Shown in pieces: positions 58,889 through 64,000 of a stretch of 64,000 nucleotides of DNA. Positions within the stretch are counted from its first letter, which is position 1. Each line of letters begins with the position of its first letter. Source of the stretch: Oceanispirochaeta sp. (GTDB taxonomy: Bacteria > Spirochaetota > Spirochaetia > DSM-2461); assembly GCA_963666275.2 (NCBI GenBank), contig CAXXOA010000002.1:1792001-1856000 (forward strand), written 5' to 3'. Below the pieces are notes generated by a model. The model worked only from the letters and a program-made list of their open reading frames with translations. It did not search any database and was not told the origin of the DNA. A program made the position numbers and the translations under genes.

Positions 58889-59167
58889 TTAGTACCGAAA
58901 ATCGTTCCGGGGTTTTCTTTCTCTTTCAATCGCTTCATTTACACGAAGATTACGACCGTCGAGCTCCTGGTTGTTCAGGGCTGAGATTGCCGCTTCTGCT
59001 GCATCTTCCTCTTCCATTTCAATGAAACCGAAGCCTTTTGAACGGTTGGTTTCTCTGTCAAAAATGATTTTGCTGCTCAGTACGGTTCCGAACTGGGCAA
59101 AATGATCTGCCAATCTGTCTTCATCTGTATTGTAATTCAGATTTCCTACGTAAAGTTTTTTGGGCAT
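58889..59167 (-). CDS. RRM-domain RNA-binding protein
   Basis: RNP2 LYVGNL, RNP1 KGFGFIEM. Confidence 0.95.
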   Translation of the reverse strand: MPKKLYVGNLNYNTDEDRLADHFAQFGTVLSSKIIFDRETNRSKGFGFIEMEEEDAAEAAISALNNQELDGRNLRVNEAIERERKPRNDFRY

Positions 59168-59468
59168 TTGTACTTCCTCTCCGGTCCTAATTCCGGAATT
59201 CAAAAAAAAATTCAACCAGAGTGCACGAAGGGTCCATCCCTATTTAGTTATCACTTTCGATTATCTTCTGTCGGTAAACTTATCAGGACGTGAAAAGAAA
59301 CACGGCGGGAGCGAATCAGAACAAAACAACAATAGCAGATATAAAGATCAACGTGACATCTCTGTCTTTATTCCTTTTTATCAGGAAAATTCCGTCTGGT
59401 CAATGAAAAAAGAACAGAGAGGGCTTCTAAAATGGAAAAAATGCAGAAAATTCAGAATATATTTTGGC

Positions 59469-59510
59469 TTGACAACTGGATTTCTTATGGTATATTTAGT
59501 GATATATCAC
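59469..59510 (+). promoter_or_regulatory. Promoter (TTGACA, TG-TATATT) with downstream 12-bp palindrome GTGATATATCAC, probable GntR auto-operator
   Basis: TTGACA at 59469-59474, TATATT at 59491-59496, palindrome at 59499-59510. Confidence 0.65.
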
Positions 59511-59521
59511 GTGAGGTTTCA

Positions 59522-60160
59522 GTGGGAAGAGAGTCGTTATCACAGGAAATTCATCAGAAACTGCTGGCTATGCTCCTGGAGGGAGAACTTCTGCCGGGGC
59601 AGATCATCAACAGGCGTCAGATGGCTTCGGATTTCAATGTCAGTGTCGCTCCTGTCCTGGAGGCGATGGTTCTTCTGGAGCATGAAGGGCTTCTGGAGAC
59701 GATTCCCCGGAAAGGCACCCAGGTCAAACTGATCCGGGAAGCCGATGTGATGGGGCAGTTTATGATACGGGATGCTCTGGAATGCAAAGCCGCCCGCCTG
59801 TACTGGGATGGTCCACTGAAAGACAAAATGGATCATCTGCTGCCATTTGCCGAGAAAGTGGACCAGGCTCCTGAGGATCACCTGGAGGACTGGAAAACTG
59901 AGATCCTTTTCCATAGGGATCTGGTAAACCTGGCAGCCGTTCCGGCTCTGACAGAGGCCTTTGACAGGACTATGAAACTGAATCTTTTTTATGCCATGGC
60001 CAGGATTATTCCGGCCCATAAAAAGACGTCCAGGGAAAACCATGTGGATCTGCTGAACCGTCTGTGTGCAGCCGGATCTGCCGACAGGGCGGAAGAGATC
60101 ATTCGGAATCATGTCTGGTACGGAAAAGATTTTATTTTAAATACGGTGTCCCGTGTTTAG
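59522..60160 (+). CDS. GntR-family (FCD) transcriptional regulator
   Basis: GEL.PG, FNVSVAPVLEAM..LE.EGLL...PRKGT, FH..L; GTG start after GAGG. Confidence 0.88.
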   Translation: MGRESLSQEIHQKLLAMLLEGELLPGQIINRRQMASDFNVSVAPVLEAMVLLEHEGLLETIPRKGTQVKLIREADVMGQFMIRDALECKAARLYWDGPLKDKMDHLLPFAEKVDQAPEDHLEDWKTEILFHRDLVNLAAVPALTEAFDRTMKLNLFYAMARIIPAHKKTSRENHVDLLNRLCAAGSADRAEEIIRNHVWYGKDFILNTVSRV

Positions 60161-60204
60161 AATATAAAAGGAAGAAATTACAACTCTTTATCAGGGGGAT
60201 ATTA

Positions 60205-61338
60205 ATGAAGATTGTTATTGCATCGGACTCCTACAAAGGATCCAATACAAGCATAAAAGTAGCCGAGGGTATTGAACGGGGTATCAGAAAGGTTAATGAG
60301 GACCTGGAATGCATCAAGATCCCCGTGGCCGACGGAGGGGAAGGGCTGGTTCAGGCTCTGGTTCCCGATGAAAGCAAATGGGTGCGGAAAACAGTTACCG
60401 GTCCCATGAAGAAACCCGTGGAAGCCCACTATGCCATGATGGATGCCGCCACGGCTGTACTGGAAATGGCCAGTGCCTCGGGACTCCCCCTTGTGGAGGG
60501 AGAGAAGGATCCCCGCCTGGCAACCACTTATGGTACCGGGGAACTGATGAAAGACGCTATTGAAAGAGGATGCAAAACCCTCTATATCGGAATAGGCGGC
60601 AGTGCCACCAACGACGGCGGTACGGGCATGGCCAAAGCTCTGGGAGCCAGATTTCTGGATGCTCAGGGGAAAGAGCTGGATCCGGCGGGAGGAAATCTAA
60701 ATGAGATCGCTCAGGTTGATCTATCGGGGATGCTCCCCGCACTGAAAGAGACAACCATCAAGGTTGCCTGTGATGTGGACAATCCCCTGTGCGGTGATCA
60801 GGGAGCCAGCGCCATTTACGGTCCCCAGAAAGGAGCCACACCTGAGATGGTAAAACTCCTGGATGCCAATCTGGACCATCTGGCTAAAATCATGGAGAAA
60901 GCCAGCGGGAAAGAGTATGCGGAAGTTCCGGGAGCCGGTGCTGCAGGAGGGCTGGGATTCGGTCTGATGGCCTTCTGCGGAGCTGAGCTTGAGTCGGGAA
61001 TCGATCTGGTTCTGGACAGTCTGGGATTTGATGAGGCTATTGAAGGAGCCTCTCTTGTGATTACCGGAGAAGGTAAAATTGACGGTCAGTCTATCCGGGG
61101 AAAGGTTCCCGTAGGGATTGCCGCCCGGGCCAAGAAGAAAAATCTTCCCGTCCTGGCTGTCTGCGGTGATATCGGCCCCGGTGTGGATGTTCTGTATGAA
61201 TACGGAATTGATTCTGTCATGAGCACGGTTAACAAAGCCATGCCTTTGAGCGAAGCCATGGACCGTTCTGCCGAACTCCTGGAAGAGGCGGCCGAAAGAG
61301 CTTTCCGTATGATCATGATCGGTTACGGAATGAAATAA
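60205..61338 (+). CDS. Glycerate kinase (GlxK/GarK family)
   Basis: DSYKGS, PVADGGEG, EMASASG, GIGGSATNDGG, YGPQKGA, TGEG..DGQS..GK. Confidence 0.93.
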   Translation: MKIVIASDSYKGSNTSIKVAEGIERGIRKVNEDLECIKIPVADGGEGLVQALVPDESKWVRKTVTGPMKKPVEAHYAMMDAATAVLEMASASGLPLVEGEKDPRLATTYGTGELMKDAIERGCKTLYIGIGGSATNDGGTGMAKALGARFLDAQGKELDPAGGNLNEIAQVDLSGMLPALKETTIKVACDVDNPLCGDQGASAIYGPQKGATPEMVKLLDANLDHLAKIMEKASGKEYAEVPGAGAAGGLGFGLMAFCGAELESGIDLVLDSLGFDEAIEGASLVITGEGKIDGQSIRGKVPVGIAARAKKKNLPVLAVCGDIGPGVDVLYEYGIDSVMSTVNKAMPLSEAMDRSAELLEEAAERAFRMIMIGYGMK

Positions 61339-61447
61339 TTCACTAAGTGCTTTTCGGGATTGTGTGTTCCCGTTTCCCTATTTTTTGCCTGCTCCCTCAG
61401 CAAACCGTGGAATTGCTGAGGGGCAGGTTTTTTTGTATACTGATATC

Positions 61448-62095
61448 ATGAAAAAGAATGCTCTGATTTTTGATCACGACGGGACTCTGGTGGATTCCAT
61501 CGATGCTGTGGTGATCTGTACAAACGATATACTTGTTTCCAGGGACTGCCCGGCTCAGTCGGAACTTGAGATCCGCAAAGGGATGGCTTATCCCACTCTG
61601 GACAGGTTTGCCTATCATTCCGGGATTTCCGATCCGCAGGAGCTGGCCCGGATGGCTTCCGATTTCTACACCCTTATGAATGAGAAGGGGGTGGATCATG
61701 TGAAGCTCTATCCCCATATCAAGAAGGCTCTGGATTCTCTGGCCTCCCGGGGGTATTCCCTGGGAATGGTTACCAATAATCAGGGCTTTTTTGTCCGCCG
61801 GGCAGCTGCCAGGCTCCGGTATGCCTATGATTTTGAAGTGATTCTGGGAGAGGAGAATGTCCCCCTTCCCAAGCCTGATCCCCGGGGACTTCTTCAGGCC
61901 TGCGCCGGTCTGGGGGCGGATCCTGAAAACTGCTGGTATATCGGAGACGGAAAGCCGGACTATCAGGTCGCCCGTGCGGCAGGGCTGAAAGCGGGCATGG
62001 TCAGCTGGGGAGCCCATCCCCGGGAGGAACTGGAAGCCCTGAAGCCCGATGCCCTCTGGGACTCACCTGAAGAGCTGGAGGCTTATTTCCACTGA
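61448..62095 (+). CDS. HAD hydrolase, phosphoglycolate-phosphatase-like
   Basis: FDHDGTLVDS, VTN, KPDP, IGD. Confidence 0.88.
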   Translation: MKKNALIFDHDGTLVDSIDAVVICTNDILVSRDCPAQSELEIRKGMAYPTLDRFAYHSGISDPQELARMASDFYTLMNEKGVDHVKLYPHIKKALDSLASRGYSLGMVTNNQGFFVRRAAARLRYAYDFEVILGEENVPLPKPDPRGLLQACAGLGADPENCWYIGDGKPDYQVARAAGLKAGMVSWGAHPREELEALKPDALWDSPEELEAYFH

Positions 62096-62096
62096 G

Positions 62097-62873
62097 ATGA
62101 GACGGTACAGAAGGTCTGGAGCCCGAAGGCGCTCATCCCGGTATTACTCTCTGAACGACCTGCTGTCCCGGCAGCCCAAATCTCTGCGCCGAAACCCCTA
62201 TTACAGGGATATGATGAATCATCTTGTCACATCAGAAACCCTGATGCGCCTCAGGATCAGCACTCCCGCTTACAGGATCCTGAACCGGGCGGTGATAAAA
62301 CCGGAAAACCTGAATAATTTCTATAGAACCTACCGAATCCCCAGAGATCCTTTTTTTCCTCTTTTTCTGGGGATCAAGAGAGAGTACCTTGCAGAAAAAC
62401 AGAGAAAACAGGAGCAGAGGGAAGCCTATATCCTTAAAAAAATGAAGTCCCTTCCGGGAGGTAAGATCCGGTTCATCCGTTTTCTTGCTCAGTGGGAACA
62501 GGAAATTAACAGGTATATGGATTATCCTTACTGGATGGAACACCTGTATCCCTCTACCAAGAAACGGGTGCATGAGTATGAGAATTTTTCTCTTCTTGAG
62601 TGGGATGTTTTTCTGCAGGACTATCTAGAGGGACTGCTCAGGCACTACAGGATAAAAAATGAAGTTCTGGGACCCCGAATCCTGGCCTGCCATCTGCTGG
62701 AACTGATTCCGTCTCTGGACCCACTGGCATTTCCCTGTCAGAAGGATGTTTTAAGATCCTACAGAGTCCTGAGCCTCATCCATCATCCCGATCGGGGAGG
62801 AGAGTCCGAGGTGTTTATCCGATTGAAAGAAGCCAGGGAGGTTTTATGTCAAAAGCATACTTCAGAGTCCTGA
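62097..62873 (+). CDS. Protein with C-terminal J-domain and unrecognised basic N-terminal region
   Basis: SYRVLSLIHHPDRGGESEVFIRLKEARE.L (HPD motif). Confidence 0.75.
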   Translation: MRRYRRSGARRRSSRYYSLNDLLSRQPKSLRRNPYYRDMMNHLVTSETLMRLRISTPAYRILNRAVIKPENLNNFYRTYRIPRDPFFPLFLGIKREYLAEKQRKQEQREAYILKKMKSLPGGKIRFIRFLAQWEQEINRYMDYPYWMEHLYPSTKKRVHEYENFSLLEWDVFLQDYLEGLLRHYRIKNEVLGPRILACHLLELIPSLDPLAFPCQKDVLRSYRVLSLIHHPDRGGESEVFIRLKEAREVLCQKHTSES

Positions 62874-63826
62874 TTCCCCTTCTCCTGACCCTTCTGGGGG
62901 CCTGCCGTTCCAGTTCGGACGGACTGTATGATGACAGGGATCTCAGGGAGGATATGAGGAGTTTTGTCAGGGGGATCTCAAGCTATGGAAAAGGAATCTC
63001 ACCCGGGTTCATCATAATACCCCAGAACGGTCAGGAACTGGTTTCTCTGGATGGGGAGCCTGACGGACCCGCTGCGGCAGACTATCTTGCCGCCATAGAC
63101 GGCACAGGGCGGGAGGATCTTTTTTACGGTTATACAAAGGATAACAGCGCCACACCGACGGATGAGAGGGACTACCTGCTGGATTTCTGCCGGATCTTTT
63201 CGGAAAAGGGGAAGAGGGTTCTTGTGACTGACTACTGCTGGGACAGTGATAAGGTTGACAATGCTCTGACTCTGAATGCTCAGGAGGGTTTTCTCTCTTT
63301 TCCGGCTCCCCGCAGGGACCTGAATACTGTTCCCGGTTATCCCGATCCCCTTCAGGGAGAGAACAGCCGGGATATTAGCGCTCTGGGTGAGGCTGAAAAC
63401 TTCCTCTATCTCCTGGACAGTGAGAATTATGCGGGGAAAAGCGAAATGATCAGCGCCCTGGCGGCGACAGATTATGATGTTCTGATTATAGATCTCTTTT
63501 TCAATGACCAGTCTCTGACAGGCGGGGATCTGGCCGCCCTTAAAGTGAAAGCCAACGGCGGAAAAAGGCTTGTCATCGCCTATATGAGCATAGGGGAGGC
63601 AGAGGATTACCGCTATTACTGGCAGTCCGAATGGGACCGTTTTTCCCCTTCCTGGCTGGATAAAGAGAATCCCGACTGGGAGGGGAACTACAAAGTCCAC
63701 TACTGGGATCCCGACTGGCAGGCCATTATATACGGTGGAAACGATTCCTATCTGGACAGAATCCTCTCGGCCGGTTTTGACGGGGTTTACCTGGATATCA
63801 TTGATGCCTTCGAGTACTTTGAATAG
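62846..63826 (+). CDS. Lipoprotein, GH114-like / MJ1477-TM1410 family endo-alpha-1,4-polygalactosaminidase-like
   Basis: Lipobox LLGAC, IIPQNG, IAYMSIGEAEDYRYYW, GFDGVYLDI. Confidence 0.82.
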   Translation: MSKAYFRVLIPLLLTLLGACRSSSDGLYDDRDLREDMRSFVRGISSYGKGISPGFIIIPQNGQELVSLDGEPDGPAAADYLAAIDGTGREDLFYGYTKDNSATPTDERDYLLDFCRIFSEKGKRVLVTDYCWDSDKVDNALTLNAQEGFLSFPAPRRDLNTVPGYPDPLQGENSRDISALGEAENFLYLLDSENYAGKSEMISALAATDYDVLIIDLFFNDQSLTGGDLAALKVKANGGKRLVIAYMSIGEAEDYRYYWQSEWDRFSPSWLDKENPDWEGNYKVHYWDPDWQAIIYGGNDSYLDRILSAGFDGVYLDIIDAFEYFE

Positions 63827-63852
63827 TACAAGCACCTCTCATTTCTTATTGT

Positions 63853-63881
63853 AAAAGCCGGGTTTTTCTCCCGGCTTTTTT
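63853..63881 (+). terminator. Rho-independent terminator
   Basis: AAAAGCCGGG..CCCGGCTTTTTT. Confidence 0.8.
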
Positions 63882-63973
63882 AAATTCTCCGGAATCTTCC
63901 TCAATTTTCCCCGGAAAGGAGGGGAATTCAGGTGAATTTCCCTTTACAGCCCGGAATTGATGTATTATTCTTA

Positions 63974-63999
63974 TATTGTACTAAGACATTAGTACAATA
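63974..63999. promoter_or_regulatory. Perfect 11-bp-arm inverted repeat, resembling a GntR/YtrA-type operator for a gene beyond the window
   Basis: TATTGTACTAA-GACA-TTAGTACAATA. Confidence 0.6.
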
Positions 64000-64000
64000 G

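Noticed and set aside
59160..59732. 190-aa ORF spanning the RRM/GntR spacer
   Set aside because: It crosses a divergent promoter region and overlaps GntR out of frame; no motifs.

Overview
Gene-dense 64 kb bacterial chromosomal segment. A free-living Spirochaetaceae-like origin is inferred from the solute-binding-protein signal peptides, LPP20, an RRM protein and an MCP, but was not verified. Carbohydrate uptake and catabolism dominate: an archaeal-type GAPDH-PGK pair with YbaK and YiaK; a membrane-anchored AraC with two paralogous solute-binding proteins, ABC permeases, a URO-D-fold protein and a GH31; a split L-arabinose regulon whose two halves share a near-identical promoter/operator; and a probable tetritol (erythritol/threitol) ABC-dehydrogenase-RpiB-DhaKL cluster with a YesN/YesM-type two-component system. 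Accessory elements include a REP-associated (HUH/Y1) tyrosine transposase next to an 18-bp tandem array, REP-like palindrome clusters, an MNT-HEPN toxin-antitoxin pair coupled to DUF429, a ParB/Srx-BMP fusion, an AGE-family protein lacking its catalytic histidines, and a lipoprotein frameshifted in a poly-T tract. No rRNA, tRNA or CRISPR array was seen. All product calls come from motif recognition by eye, not database searches. Several start codons were moved from the ORF track to RBS-supported positions.
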